A DNA stretch of 7,854 bases, taken from positions 1-7,854 of the forward strand of contig NW_021828721.1 in NCBI RefSeq assembly GCF_006345805.1. The letters run 5' to 3'. Origin of the DNA: Octopus sinensis (lineage: Eukaryota). The position numbers were made by a program, and so were the translations under genes. Of the stretch, positions 7,167-7,854 are shown in pieces (the stretch's first letter is position 1; each line of letters begins with the position of its first letter). Below the pieces are notes generated by a model. The model was not told where the DNA came from, ran no database searches, and saw only the letters and a list, made by a program, of their open reading frames with translations.

Positions 7167-7541
7167 CGTCAATTCCTTTGAAACGATTGTTTTTAAAATA
7201 GTGGTTTTCTGATAGCAGCTCTCCCGTGAAATCCGGCTTTGTGCAGCTCCCGGCGAACAGCTTTTGCGGAAACTAGGTTCTTGAGGTGTACTTGGGAGCT
7301 GTACTTTCGTGATACTTTCTAACAATTCGCTTAAGGTTCCGACGGTCCCTATCTGAAAGTTTTGGTTTTCTTCCGGAGTTTTGTTTCGACGAGGAGGATT
7401 TTTTACCCTCTTTCTCAAAAGATATTACTTTCGAGACAGTACTTCTTGATGCACCAAACATTTCGGCTGTTTTCGTTACGCTAGCGCCTGCCATACGAGC
7501 ACCAACAACTTGACCTCTTTGAAGTTCGATAGATCTGTCAT
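6440..7541 (-). pseudogene. Tc1-like transposase pseudogene
   Basis: ATG at 7541 (MTDLS...RGQVVGARMAGASVTKTAEMFGASRSTVSKV, HTH), then SGRKPKLSDRDRR and TVRRELHKAGFHGRAAIRKP. Catalytic motifs are VIFSDES (D at 7028-7030), FQYDN (D at 6743-6745) and QSTDSNILEHLW (E at 6632-6634), with KHGG between the two aspartates. The C-terminus reads LYESIPRTIQAVITAK. There are multiple stops and frameshifts, and a minus-strand AATAAA at 6434-6439. Confidence 0.92.
7091..7166 (-). pseudogene. 76-nt 18S rRNA fragment inserted in the transposase
   Basis: Minus strand reads GAAACTTAAAGGAATTGACGGAAGGGCACCACCAGGAGTGGAGTCTGCAGCTTAATTTGACGAAACACGGGAAAAC. The conserved eukaryotic 18S is GAAACTTAAAGGAATTGACGGAAGGGCACCACCAGGAGTGGAGCCTGCGGCTTAATTTGACTCAACACGGGAAAAC, giving 4 differences. 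Confidence 0.93.
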
Positions 7542-7728
7542 TTTAATGAATTTTAACTACCTTTTTGTGATATCTGAAAAGAAACAGTAATTTTAGTAAG
7601 ACTTATTCAGCAGCACTAATAATAAATTTAAAAAAACATAAAAATAAACAAGTTTTGACGGTTTTACAGATATTTCAGAATTACGATGCTATAATGCTAG
7701 GAGTTTCCAGTATTTCGTCCGACCGCTG

Positions 7729-7854
7729 TATATATGTGTGTGTATATATATATATGCATGTATGTATATATAAATGTATGTATATGTGTGTTTATAGTAT
7801 GTATATATATATATGATATATATACATATATACATATATATATAATATATAATA
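7729..7854. repeat. (AT)n-rich compound microsatellite
   Basis: Visible runs to the end of the window. Confidence 0.95.

Larger units (their letters stand above)
6407..7728 (-). mobile_element. Tc1/mariner-superfamily DNA transposon (Tc1-like, DD36E spacing), decayed, 1322 bp
   Basis: Degenerate TIRs are CAAGGGTGAGACAAAAT (6407-6423) versus the reverse complement CAGCGGTCGGACGAAAT (7712-7728), 12/17 identical. TA flanks both sides (6405-6406, 7729-7730), and a transposase remnant lies inside. Confidence 0.92.

Overview
This is eukaryotic, repeat-dense non-coding DNA. It is most likely intronic or intergenic sequence from an octopod cephalopod, inferred from the SINE sequences and the abundance of (AT)n/(AAT)n/(GT)n microsatellites. 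There is no intact protein-coding gene, and most listed ORFs are artefacts of microsatellites or repeats. The window contains five copies or fragments of a ~390-bp tRNA-derived SINE ('family A') and one older CORE-like SINE. It also holds a 1.55-kb co-oriented pile-up of a second tRNA-derived SINE ('family B'), including a head plus 3 x ~182-bp plus terminal-unit multimer. A decayed RTE-type LINE endonuclease fragment and a decayed ~1.3-kb Tc1-like DNA transposon with DD36E spacing follow. The most striking observation is a 76-nt 18S rRNA fragment with an A-rich tail inserted in the transposase. Its only transversions fall on and next to the hypermodified m1acp3-pseudouridine position, a possible fossil reverse-transcription signature of mature rRNA. 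A second is that the SINE-B multimer junctions all fall at the same nucleotide in a hairpin loop and regenerate the stem, compatible with a circular-RNA or template-jump mechanism. Family names and consensus comparisons are from memory and need database confirmation.
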